From contig JAFULR010000010.1 in NCBI GenBank assembly GCA_017483195.1, forward strand, positions 12,673 to 76,672: a stretch of DNA of 64,000 nt, in the 5' to 3' direction. This DNA is from Clostridia bacterium (GTDB lineage Bacteria > Bacillota > Clostridia > Oscillospirales > CAG-272). Below, piece by piece: positions 31,380-41,034 of the stretch. The translations under genes were made by a program, and so were the position numbers. Position 1 is the first letter of the stretch. Every line of letters begins with the position of its first letter. A model generated the notes under the pieces. It was not told the DNA's origin. It saw only the letters and a list, made by a program, of their open reading frames with translations, and did no database searches.

Positions 31380-31448
31380 AATCTTCTCCTATAAAAATAC
31401 GGTCGGGCATTATCATCTTATGACAACAATGCGCCGACCATATCTTAA

Positions 31449-32552
31449 TTAGGCATTATTGCCGTGAAGGATTGATGTAAGCTGCGTAAGTACGTCAGAG
31501 CCGGAACCAATGTTGATGTTGCCGACATTCTCACAAATGCGCTCAACATACTCAAGCTCCTTAAGCTTATAAAGGGTTTTGTTTTCGTCCATAAGCTTAG
31601 CTGTATTGAGCAAGGATCTGGTCGATGCGACCTCCTCACGTCTTGTGATTACGTTCGCTTGAGCTCTCTTCTCGGCAACGAGAACGGTATTCATAATATC
31701 GCGGATTTCACCGGGAAGGATAATATCCTTAACTGCTGCATCCGTAATCTCGATATAGAGATTTTTCTCCTTTGCCTTGAGCTTCTCAAATACGAATTTT
31801 GACATACCGTCCTTGTTCTCAAGAATCTCATCAAATTTGTACTTACCCACGTACTCACGAAGGGCGAGTTGGGCAGCTACGTGCAACTGCTCCTCGTAAT
31901 TATTGATCTCGGTGAAAACCTTGATACAGTCAGTTACTCGGTAATTGCACACAAAATTGATACGAAGTGATACCTTATCCGCAGTAAGCATCTCTTGACC
32001 CGTAATATCCATCTGAGTAAGACGTGTATCAACAATATCAACGTCAACCTTAACAGATGTTCTCCAGAAGTAGTAAACACCTGCGTCAAGCACCTTGGCA
32101 AGCTTGCGATTGAAATAGATCAATGCCTTTTCATACTCACCAACCTCAACTCTAATGTAATAGAGTGTAGGAATCTTTGAAAACAGATGCTCGGGTATGG
32201 ATTCATCTACCTCTGGTGTGGTAATATCAACAACTGTGAATTCGTGCTTATCAACATCATTCCAATAAGCATACTTACCTGTTTTAAGTACACCTGCAAA
32301 CTTTCCGTTAACATAGTGAAAAGCAAGCTCGGTGTCTCCCACCTCACACACTGCTACGCGAGTAGCAAGCTCCTTGTTCTGAAGCAAGGTCTCAAGAGCA
32401 CATCTGTTAGAAGTGATCTGCTGATCAAGAGCGAGCAAATCCACAAGCTTGCCGCCCATGAGCCAATACTTGCCTGCTTCAAGCATCTTAACAAATTTTC
32501 CGTTTTTGAAAAGCAATCCTCTCTGCTTCTCTGTGATAATGATTTTCTGCAT
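31449..32552 (-). CDS. SPFH/band-7 (stomatin/prohibitin-like) domain protein, soluble
   Basis: 367 aa; central SPFH-like beta-rich region followed by a long coiled-coil/helical tail typical of slipins; no N-terminal TM helix. Confidence 0.6.
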   Translation of the reverse strand: MQKIIITEKQRGLLFKNGKFVKMLEAGKYWLMGGKLVDLLALDQQITSNRCALETLLQNKELATRVAVCEVGDTELAFHYVNGKFAGVLKTGKYAYWNDVDKHEFTVVDITTPEVDESIPEHLFSKIPTLYYIRVEVGEYEKALIYFNRKLAKVLDAGVYYFWRTSVKVDVDIVDTRLTQMDITGQEMLTADKVSLRINFVCNYRVTDCIKVFTEINNYEEQLHVAAQLALREYVGKYKFDEILENKDGMSKFVFEKLKAKEKNLYIEITDAAVKDIILPGEIRDIMNTVLVAEKRAQANVITRREEVASTRSLLNTAKLMDENKTLYKLKELEYVERICENVGNINIGSGSDVLTQLTSILHGNNA

Positions 32553-32835
32553 ATATGTATTCCTCCTTAGAGTAATTTAGTCGTGCCAAACGCCGTTCAT
32601 GGGAAAATCACGGCCGAGGATTTAAGTGCATCGAGCAAAGCACGGAGCATATAGCTTGGCACTTATTTCAAATACACGGTATCCTTCCTCGGACAAAGCG
32701 ATAATCGCATTTGCTACTCACGAGAAATAATTTCTCGCTTTTGCCGAACGGCATCAGCCTGGATTCTCAAAGCACTTTTGCACTTTGTTTTGTAGTTCTT
32801 CCTTAAGAACATCAAGTACCATACCGCTGGCAAGC

Positions 32836-32862
32836 TATTTTCACAGCTCGGTGGGATTCGAA
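32836..32862 (-). ncRNA. tRNA-like T-arm/acceptor mimic (part of a putative structured ncRNA; not a full tRNA)
   Basis: Minus-strand GTGGGTTCGAATCCCACCGAGCTG: 5-bp T-stem, canonical TTCGAAT T-loop and 7-nt 3' acceptor-like strand; no matching 5' acceptor, D- or anticodon arm. Confidence 0.45.
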
Positions 32863-33053
32863 CCCACGATAATAGGGGTGAGTCAAAACATCTTGACACA
32901 TTTCACCTTAGCGCTACAACTTAACAGGTTGTGCTATCGCAAGAGATCTTCTGACATACGCTTTGGTACACCTCGCGCATCGCAGTGGTTTTTCATACAC
33001 TCGCTTGAAGTACCTTGCAAGCATATTTTACCACCCAAGAAAAGCTTTTTCAC

Positions 33054-33095
33054 GGAAAAAAAGCTGCGAAACCACATAATTTCACAGCTTTTTTG
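33054..33095. terminator. weak bidirectional hairpin flanked by A-run/T-run
   Basis: AAAAAAAGCTG...CAGCTTTTTT downstream of the WYL gene stop. Confidence 0.3.
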
Positions 33096-33103
33096 ATATT
33101 TTT

Positions 33104-34015
33104 TTACTTAATTTTGCAATCAAATTGCTTCTGCAGCTTATTTTTCATAAGCTCTACGAACGGCTCGGGCTCGATAACTTCAACGAGAGGTCCAAACGAA
33201 AGTATTCTTATTACCATTTCCATCTCGTCTGCGTGATCGTATTTGATATGAACGAGATAATGCTTTCTGTCAAGCTTTTCTGCCTGCTTTTCAAAATGGG
33301 CAAAGTGCAGCATCACTCTTTCAAGTGCATTTCTATCGTCGGTTATCTTTAATGTAACGGTATCCATTCTTCCTTGATGCCTATGCTCTTTGGGTGTAAA
33401 CTCACCATTACAACGTGCTACCGAAACGATCTTTGACAGATTGATGACTGTCAAAAATCTGCATCCACTTGTAATAAGACGGAATTTATCGTCTTTTTCT
33501 GAGTATTCAAGTCTTACGGGAAGGCACTTGGCGTAGATATTTTGCCCTCTTACATTTTTCATATTGATCTTAACGGGAGTTTTGTTTCTGATCGCGTTGA
33601 GCAGATAGCGAAATCTTCCTACGTATGTTCTGTCCTCATAGTTATCACCGTCATTATATCGGTCAAAAACATAGTAGTCCTCTTGTGTGAAAAGAGGTTC
33701 AACATCGTCAAATCCCTCAAATTTAACACCGAAAAGCTTGATTCTGGGATCAAGAGAGATCGACTTCAACCATCTTTTTTGTAGGGTTGTAAGAGGCATA
33801 GTAGGTTTATGCTCAATAGCAGTGGTAAAATCACGGGTCATTACCTGCCATTTTTCGCTCTTTATGGCATTCATAATAGTAAAGGCACTGTCGCCAAAGG
33901 CATTTTCCTCAACGATTTTTTGCGCTGTCTTGCTGTCAACGTTGCTCTCTACCATAGCGGAGAGTATTTTTGCTACCGTGTTATAGTAAACGGAGTAAAG
34001 CTCACTGAATATCAT
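33104..34015 (-). CDS. WYL-domain transcriptional regulator (WYL + WCX)
   Basis: 303 aa; C-terminal RILSFGPLVEVIEPEPFVELMKNKL resembles the WCX extension of WYL regulators (PafC/BrxR-like). Confidence 0.6.
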   Translation of the reverse strand: MIFSELYSVYYNTVAKILSAMVESNVDSKTAQKIVEENAFGDSAFTIMNAIKSEKWQVMTRDFTTAIEHKPTMPLTTLQKRWLKSISLDPRIKLFGVKFEGFDDVEPLFTQEDYYVFDRYNDGDNYEDRTYVGRFRYLLNAIRNKTPVKINMKNVRGQNIYAKCLPVRLEYSEKDDKFRLITSGCRFLTVINLSKIVSVARCNGEFTPKEHRHQGRMDTVTLKITDDRNALERVMLHFAHFEKQAEKLDRKHYLVHIKYDHADEMEMVIRILSFGPLVEVIEPEPFVELMKNKLQKQFDCKIK

Positions 34016-35271
34016 TCGCTTACCTCCTTCCCGATTCCGTAAATCTCATACATTCTCTTAAGGTCTCCCTTGAAGCGGTTCTCGGCTGTACGGTTTGAGA
34101 AATCCATTTGCGTTATGCGACAAATAAAGGTCCTTATCCACGGGACAAGCTCGGTCGTATCATAAACGTCAGCAGAAAATCTGTACGTGTGATCGTCAAG
34201 CTTTTCAACGTTGCCGATCCTCTTTTCTCTATAGAGGCGGCGGACGATATATTCCTCATTGTCGGCAACATTAATGATAAATTCAACGTGTTCAAGATGC
34301 TCCTGCTTATATGCATTTTGCCTTGTGTTGACTCCCCACATCTTGGTCTGCATATCGTCAAGACGGGCACGAAGGTCATCAAAATTATCACAAACATCAA
34401 GGGGCTTCACGTTGGAAAGATAATCCACACGGTAGGACGTGATGCAACTGAACTGCGTTTGATAAGCAAGAAGATACTGTCTGCCGTTCTGCACGCTTAT
34501 AAATATGCGAAGCGGCACTATTTCGGCAAGTCTTGGCTCATCGTGTTTACGGTTGAGGTTGTTTGCGGTGATCGCACGCTTTTGCCTCATCGCATCAAAA
34601 AGGCAAGCGAGAACATCGGAGTCCATGGCGCTCGTTATGTAATGATGCTTAAACGTGAATGAGCTATCCGTCTTTTCTTCCTTGTCAAGCAGGAAAGAGC
34701 CGACAGCACCGCAAGGAGCGATCTCCGAAAAGTAGTCAAGCGCGTCCTTAATATCAACGGTGTCGATATGCTCGCTTCTTGAGTACGTTACCTTTCTTCC
34801 TTGCTTACTTGTGATTATTAAACCCTCGCTGCAATATTCCTTCAGCTTCTTGCGAATGGTGGACTCATCGAACATCATAGGAGCTTCAAAGCCCGAAAGA
34901 TATTTTTCGTCGATTATTTCCATAATCTCGGCAAGGGTGAATTCGACGTCGGGAGAATGCAAAATGTCAAAAATGATAAAATGCAAGGTGATATCGCCAT
35001 CGGTAAAGCTCTTTGCCTTCAATGCCTTGTAAAAGGGATTGTGCACCGACGTGCGACTGTCTATGGAGAGAAATACGTTCTTGCCCTCGGGTGTGCGAAC
35101 AAAGCTCATATAATCGCCGAGAATACTTTCCATTCTGCGCTTTTCATCGTCATAAGAACGCGCGCTCTTTTTGTCATAGTCAGCGCGGCTCTTAAATCCG
35201 TAAACGTAGAATTCCCGCATATACGAACGCACTCGCTCAAAATTCTTTATAAGCTCGTTATATGATGACAT
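34012..35271 (-). CDS. WYL-domain transcriptional regulator (wHTH + WYL + WCX)
   Basis: 419 aa; N-terminal wHTH-like region, central YLLAYQ (WYL-like) region, C-terminal ELVPWIRTF..RMYEIYG WCX-like region; 4-nt overlap with the downstream WYL gene. Confidence 0.55.
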   Translation of the reverse strand: MSSYNELIKNFERVRSYMREFYVYGFKSRADYDKKSARSYDDEKRRMESILGDYMSFVRTPEGKNVFLSIDSRTSVHNPFYKALKAKSFTDGDITLHFIIFDILHSPDVEFTLAEIMEIIDEKYLSGFEAPMMFDESTIRKKLKEYCSEGLIITSKQGRKVTYSRSEHIDTVDIKDALDYFSEIAPCGAVGSFLLDKEEKTDSSFTFKHHYITSAMDSDVLACLFDAMRQKRAITANNLNRKHDEPRLAEIVPLRIFISVQNGRQYLLAYQTQFSCITSYRVDYLSNVKPLDVCDNFDDLRARLDDMQTKMWGVNTRQNAYKQEHLEHVEFIINVADNEEYIVRRLYREKRIGNVEKLDDHTYRFSADVYDTTELVPWIRTFICRITQMDFSNRTAENRFKGDLKRMYEIYGIGKEVSE

Positions 35272-35646
35272 GTTTTGCTTCTCCTCTCCAATATATCTAT
35301 ATTGCGATTATACCATATTTCTACATAAATATCAAGCATCGATGCAAACTTATTCAAAGACAAAGCAAGCGAGCACTTAGGTGCTCGCTTTTGTAGGTAT
35401 TATTTCTTCTTTCTCCCCGTGCCGCTTTGGTGAACGGGCGGGTCATCGGAGTGGGAGAGGATGTAAGATCAGATATGCATGATCTTCGTCACGTAATTTT
35501 CTAAGCCCACCATAAAAATCGAACATGTCGCAAATGATTTTATTATTTTCCCAATCATGCAGGATAATGCCAAATTCTGCCTTTTCATAACCCTGGGCTC
35601 TTAGTCGTTATTTGGTTGTTTATTCGTTGTTTTATTTACGCTTTCA

Positions 35647-35883
35647 TTAGAATTCCACCTGTATAAAGAAGAGTCCTTCCTTATTGTTACACGAAATATA
35701 TGCCACATTATCATCTTTTCCAAACACATATCTTAATCTTTTTTCAAAATCTGCTTGAGAAAGTGGAGTATCTAATTCATAAGTTGACTCTGTAATTCGT
35801 ACGCCTTTATATTGTTTCACAAAATCATAAAACTTTTGATAATCGTTACCTTGCCTAATATCATAAGTAACTATTCTTTTCAT
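35647..35883 (-). CDS. hypothetical small protein with Cas2/VapD-like sequence pattern
   Basis: 78 aa; MKRIVTYDI...GVRITESTYELDT...DNVAYIS parallels the Cas2 pattern (M.VLVTYDV...G.RVQNSVFEC...DSVRIY); no cas1 or CRISPR array nearby. Confidence 0.35.
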   Translation of the reverse strand: MKRIVTYDIRQGNDYQKFYDFVKQYKGVRITESTYELDTPLSQADFEKRLRYVFGKDDNVAYISCNNKEGLFFIQVEF

Positions 35884-35901
35884 ATATGTTCCTCCGCTAA
35901 A

Positions 35902-36504
35902 TTACTTTTTCGATCCTTTGCCAGACAGCTCCATAATTTTGGCGATAGATTCTACTCCGTTAGGCGATTCCATAGCTTTGAGCATAAATCTCATACCTAC
36001 TTCTTCGGCCGTCATCTGGCTTCGATTGCCTTGGTCTTGTTGAGCAACTGCGCTCGCTTGGGAGATTTGAGCCCTGCGAAGTGCAGTTTCTTCAAGTATT
36101 TTAGACGAAAGTCCTTGAGGGTAGTAATACTTTTTTATATTTTCCCAATCAATACCCTCACAACCGGTGCACTTTGCTATTTCTTCCAGCAATCTCAAGT
36201 ATTTATCATTGATATCGGTATCGTTGCTCGGATTATTAGGATTTTTTGCTGCATCGTCCGCCGCAGACAAAAACTTTTTCCAACACTCTCTAACTTCCTT
36301 GCTTTTGTAAAACACCACTTCGACACGGTTTAATGCTTCAACATTATCCTTATCAGATATCAAATATCTGTGCGACATCAAAATCTTGAAAATTTCCTTT
36401 TTGTCCTTTTTTGATTCGGAAATTTGCTGATAAATGATAGTTGTGATAGTTGCAATAAGTCCGGAAATAAGCGATGTAATAACTACTATCCATACGTTGT
36501 CCAT
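35902..36504 (-). CDS. hypothetical membrane-anchored protein
   Basis: Start MDNVWIVVITSLISGLIATI (N-terminal TM helix) then a helical domain; 19-nt gap to the upstream small gene. Confidence 0.45.
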   Translation of the reverse strand: MDNVWIVVITSLISGLIATITTIIYQQISESKKDKKEIFKILMSHRYLISDKDNVEALNRVEVVFYKSKEVRECWKKFLSAADDAAKNPNNPSNDTDINDKYLRLLEEIAKCTGCEGIDWENIKKYYYPQGLSSKILEETALRRAQISQASAVAQQDQGNRSQMTAEEVGMRFMLKAMESPNGVESIAKIMELSGKGSKK

Positions 36505-36823
36505 ATTTTTTGCTCCTTTTAATTTAATCCTAATTCTTAAAGACATTTTGTTATCTACTTCTCAATTTCGGCAATTTGAGTCTTGCCTTGATGTTTGTTT
36601 TAATTAGAAAATCTCTTTATAGGGCAACTCGGGGCGCAGTTTTGTACAGCGCCCGGAGTTGCCATGTGTGCGTTCAGCGATATGTTTTTAGTACGGTATC
36701 GGGAACGGGTTATTATGTGTAAAGCTCAACGAAGTGTTTTTATTACAGCTTCGGGAGCGTGGGCGCTCAGCGGTGGGCTTTTGGTGCGTCACCGGAGCGC
36801 GGGGGGGATTTTCTCAATTCGGA

Positions 36824-37246
36824 TTAGGTCGCGTTTTCTATAACACCATCAATAACATCAACCGTACCGTCAGTACCTGTTACTTCAAGCACAAAAGTTG
36901 CTCTATACGTACCTGCACCGGTAAGAGGCATTTCGTGGTAGTATCTACCAAAAACCTCTGTACAAGTTGAAGTCCACGTGCCCACTTCATCCCAGAAGAA
37001 AAATAAAAATTTCTTTTCAACCTTAACAGTCAATTTTGCACTAACAAAAGTGGTATCAACTGCCGTATAGGTTGAATCAATATATCCCACCGATGAAGTA
37101 GCATCAAAAGCAAATGTTGCATCACATGTGTGTGTTAAGCGAGGAGAAATAGTGCCTGATAATCCACTTGCGTAAACCGGAATGCTTGTCAAGCACATAA
37201 TCATTGCTAATGAAATCAACATAAGGGTTTTTACGATCTTTTTCAT
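36824..37246 (-). CDS. hypothetical secreted protein
   Basis: Signal peptide (MKKIVKTLMLISLAMIMCLTSIPVYA) plus a beta-rich Thr/Ser-rich domain. Confidence 0.5.
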   Translation of the reverse strand: MKKIVKTLMLISLAMIMCLTSIPVYASGLSGTISPRLTHTCDATFAFDATSSVGYIDSTYTAVDTTFVSAKLTVKVEKKFLFFFWDEVGTWTSTCTEVFGRYYHEMPLTGAGTYRATFVLEVTGTDGTVDVIDGVIENAT

Positions 37247-37391
37247 AATAAGTTCCTTTCAAAGCGTATAATTTTGAGTATTTATAAATACCCTATATAT
37301 TAATACCTCTATTTTAGACAAAATTCTTCAAAATTTTCATTATTTATAAATAGAAAAAGCACCCCAAATTTATATTTTGAGGTGCTTTTTT

Positions 37392-37985
37392 CTATTGTTT
37401 AACCTTTAATCCATTAGTTATTAATAATAATTCATTATCGGATAACTCTAATGCAGAATTGATTTTCAAGGCATATTTTCCATCGTTCCATAAATAGTAA
37501 TGCATATTTCCTGCTATGCGATAATAAACAGTATATTCTTCAATTTCAATTAGTATAGTATCGCTATGCTCGCTATCGACTGAAAAAGTGGCACTATCAA
37601 GGGGTTGTTGTATAAATCTTATGGATTCATTGCTTGAATTTGCGAACACGTATTCAACTCTCATACGAGTAATATATTCTTCTTTCAAGCCATAGCCTTC
37701 AGGTAAATACGTAAGCTCATATATTTCATCTATATTTTGGCTGTCATTTTCACCTTCATCAAACTTGACTTCAACAAAAAACTCTTTAATGTTGGTAATA
37801 AACTCTCGAATCTCATCACGGTAAATAATAGCACAACCTGCAAGGAGCAAGATTGCTGCGGCAACGAGAATTGCGATCATTTTAGTGCTGAGGGGCTTTC
37901 GTGGAGTCTTGCCGCTTATGATAGCGCGCATAGCTTTCCTATGGTGGCGGGAGCAGACGATTTCCTCATCACAAGCATCCGCCAT
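37392..37985 (-). CDS. putative anti-sigma factor / DUF4367-like membrane protein
   Basis: Single TM then a C-terminal domain; lies immediately downstream of the sigma-70-family gene, as is typical for anti-sigma factors. Confidence 0.4.
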   Translation of the reverse strand: MADACDEEIVCSRHHRKAMRAIISGKTPRKPLSTKMIAILVAAAILLLAGCAIIYRDEIREFITNIKEFFVEVKFDEGENDSQNIDEIYELTYLPEGYGLKEEYITRMRVEYVFANSSNESIRFIQQPLDSATFSVDSEHSDTILIEIEEYTVYYRIAGNMHYYLWNDGKYALKINSALELSDNELLLITNGLKVKQ

Positions 37986-38054
37986 ACGTTAAAATTTGTT
38001 GGTCAACGCCTCGTTTATCGCTTGCTTAAATAATTCTTCATTGGTTTTGTCCAT

Positions 38055-38622
38055 TTACTTATCCCCCTTTATAGAGTCTCTTAACATTTTCTTGCCTCTC
38101 GCAAGTCGAGTATAGACCGTCTTTGCGGGAACGTCCATCATTTCCGCAATCTCATTGACAGTCATATCCTTGCAATACACGAGGAACAAAGTGGTACCGT
38201 AGATGTCGTCCATTTGTTCTATTGCCCGAACGACCTCGTTATACTGCTCCCTTATGCAAATGTCCTCTATAAATTTATACCTGTTTTTTTTCGGGAAATT
38301 CTTCAACAAAATCAATATTTTCTGAATTTTCTTTCAAAATTCGGTCCATTTCGTGTGTCAAAATGGTTAAAGCGTAGTTTTTGAGGTGTGCTTTATTAGT
38401 GAAATCAAGCTTATCCGCATACTTTACCATTCTCAAAAAGCAGTTCTGAACGGCATCTTCCGCGTCAAGCACGGGATTGTATCTATCCAATAGCTTGAAC
38501 TTCGTAACTGCAATTTTTAGCATATCGTTGTAATAATTGTTATACATCCACTCTATTTGACTATGATACGCCTCTTCGCATATTGTTAATAGAAATTGTA
38601 ACATTGGTGTCTTTCCTTTCAA
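38055..38622 (-). pseudogene. ECF-type sigma-70 family factor disrupted by a frameshift in an A8 homopolymer
   Basis: Region-2 ORF (38275..38622) and region-4 ORF (38055..38315) overlap in different frames across CCGAAAAAAAACAG (plus-strand T8 at about 38284..38291). Confidence 0.7.
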
Positions 38623-38849
38623 TCAAGCTATATCAATTGTGAAAATTATAGCATAAAATGTCTTTTTATTCAATAGATACAACCACAAAAACAAAAAATG
38701 TGCACTTTTTTGCCGATTTTTGAAGAATTTTAAATTGAAAAATGGTATTAATAATATGCAATATTTTACAATTTATTAACAAACCGTCAGTCCGCTTCCT
38801 TAACAAATCTAACTTCCGCTCCTAAAATTTAGGGGAAGGGAGGTGGAAA

Positions 38850-39035
38850 ATGATGAATACCGCACATTTTGGCCGAATTATGCGAGAGCGCAGGGAGAAT
38901 TCTTACATTTCTCTCCGCGCTCTTTCTGATGTGGTGGATATGAGCGAGCACGCGCTGCGCAATATCGAGCTTGGGGACTCCGATCCGAAGCACCTCCTTT
39001 CTCAGACACAGAATTTTAACAATATTTTTTTGTGA
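38850..39035 (+). CDS. XRE-family HTH protein
   Basis: 61 aa with HTH_3 pattern (ISLRALSDVVDMSEHALRNIELG); strong GGGAGGTGG RBS. Confidence 0.6.
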   Translation: MMNTAHFGRIMRERRENSYISLRALSDVVDMSEHALRNIELGDSDPKHLLSQTQNFNNIFL

Positions 39036-39043
39036 AAAACGAA

Positions 39044-39072
39044 AAAAGCCCGAGAAAATCTCGGGTTTTTCG
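39044..39072 (+). terminator. rho-independent terminator
   Basis: AAGCCCGAGA-aaat-CTCGGGTTTTT. Confidence 0.75.
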
Positions 39073-39251
39073 GTTGGCATCTTTTTTGTCAACTCGTCTT
39101 GGATGTTATGGTCTTAAAAGATGCTTTACAAAGATCTCAGAAAACCGGAATTTATCTGTGATTATTGTCAGATAATGAAATCCTTATATTTGGATAATTA
39201 AACACAACCACATCATATACGCACTTCCTGACATTTTGATTTGCCGATATT

Positions 39252-39767
39252 TTATTTCTTTGTTCCCTCGTCTTCCCTCTTTTTCTCTGCCAACAGTTTC
39301 TCAATTTGCGACTGTCTGACAAGGATCGCATTCACCTTGTCGTAAAGATCCTCAATCATGATCTCGGTTTTCAGGTTGACCTTATAATCGTTTTCCGCGC
39401 GATGACGGTCTTTTTCCTCCTGCCGGTTCTGACTCATCATGATCAACGGTGCCTGAATGGCTGCCACACAGGACAAGACAAGATTCAGAAGAATAAACGG
39501 ATATGGGTCAAACGCTTTTGTCGCAAGAATTGCGTTGACGACCATCCACAGAATCAGCACGCCTGCAAACAAAAATATAAACGCCCAGCTGCCCGCAAAT
39601 TTTGCAATGGTGTCAGCTGCCCGCTGCCCGAGCGTGTATTTTTCCTTCTCTTTTTTGGGGCTGACGGAAATTTTACTGTCCGCCAAAAGATTCAGAACTT
39701 CTTCATCCGTCATATCGTGGCGGATTTCCTTCAGTACATCCTGCAATAATTTTCTGTTTTCTTTCAT
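39252..39767 (-). CDS. DUF1003-family membrane protein
   Basis: 171 aa; two TM helices plus a conserved cytoplasmic coiled-coil; matches the DUF1003 layout. Confidence 0.55.
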   Translation of the reverse strand: MKENRKLLQDVLKEIRHDMTDEEVLNLLADSKISVSPKKEKEKYTLGQRAADTIAKFAGSWAFIFLFAGVLILWMVVNAILATKAFDPYPFILLNLVLSCVAAIQAPLIMMSQNRQEEKDRHRAENDYKVNLKTEIMIEDLYDKVNAILVRQSQIEKLLAEKKREDEGTKK

Positions 39768-39794
39768 GATTTCTTCCTCTTATTCAATAAATTA

Positions 39795-41034
39795 TTATTC
39801 ATCATCCGTTTGCGGCATTGTCCGCAAAAAGAATTCCGCGCCTTCTTTTTGAAACAGCAGAATTGCAACGCCGAACAGCAGCTCGGCATGTCTTTCCGGA
39901 TCGTCCAGAGGGATCAGGAAGTCATCCCGGATTCTTTCGATACGGTACAGAACTGTGTTACGGTGGGTAAACAATGCGTCGCAGGTCTTTTTGAGCGAGC
40001 GGCTGCAAATCAGATAAAAATACAGTGTTTCACAGTATTGCGTTCCTTTTTTTCGGTCGTGTCTGGCGAGCGCCCGAAGCTCCGGTGAGATAAGATCGTC
40101 GCGGGAATCCAGATTTTTCAGAAGCAACGGCGTCCGCAATTGCGCTACAGAACAGACATTTTCACCGTGATGATTGCTTCCCACAATCATATCCAGCGCA
40201 TCGTGCGCGGCGCGGTAAAGTGACGGAAGGTCATACAAATTGCGAATCGCCTCTGAAACAATTACCTTCAAATCGAATTCTTTTGCCAGTTCCGTGAATA
40301 GATCTACATCACTGTCTCTATGCAGAAACAGAAATACGTCACCCTTGTAGAGAAAGGGATGAGAATCCGGAAAACGTTCGCCGATTTCTTCTTTCAGATG
40401 ACGCGCCCCGAGATACTGACTGTGATAAGCGGTCAGATCCATCAATGCAAAAGCGGATGGGTGAAAGTCTGCAAGATAAGTGCCTACTGCCCGGAGTCGA
40501 AAATAGGAGGCAGACGGAAATCCTCCGTCAAGCAAATGCATCAGAATATCTTCGGTTGTTTCAAATGGCTTGTCCTGACGGCTTGTTTCGATAAAAAGCT
40601 GTTTTGCGAGAATCAGATCAATTTGTCTCCAGATCTCCGCTGAAATTTTCGGAAGATGACCATCCGTGTCCACGCAGACAAGGTAGCCGAGTCGGACACC
40701 GGTACAGATGAGCGGTGCAAAGCGCCGGCGAAAGGGGCTTTCCCCCAATTTGATCATGTCAACGCTTCCTTCGCGGAGTGCCGGACTTTTGCTGATTACA
40801 GCGCTCGCCTCGTAAGTGATTGCGCCCTGCGATACCGCGCCACGGAACAACGGGTCGGAGAAACCGACCGGACAGAAATGCGCCACGACACGATAAGCAT
40901 CGTCGAGAACAAGCAGAGGACAGTCCAAAAAAATGCCGACATCAAGTGCAAGTTGCTGTAGATCATCCTGTTCAAAAAATTCTGTGATCAGAGCTGTTAT
41001 ATCTCCGGATCGCCATTGCGGTTGAGACAAACTT
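39795..41034 (-). CDS. PucR/CdaR-family transcriptional regulator
   Basis: C-terminal PucR-type HTH (TCDALFTHRNTVLYRIERI); probable TTG start at about 41034 with GAAGGTG RBS (the ORF-track start at 41195 is likely over-extended). Confidence 0.65.

Noticed and set aside
32836-32862. Genuine tRNA gene on the minus strand
   Set aside because: Only the T-arm and 3' acceptor strand are present. There is no complementary 5' acceptor, D-arm or anticodon arm, and the acceptor would start with C.
35400-35640. Possible gene fragment on the minus strand (..GYEKAEFGIILHDWENNKIICDMFDFYGG..)
   Set aside because: Short, no start/stop context and no family recognised; possibly a pseudogene remnant, but not supportable.
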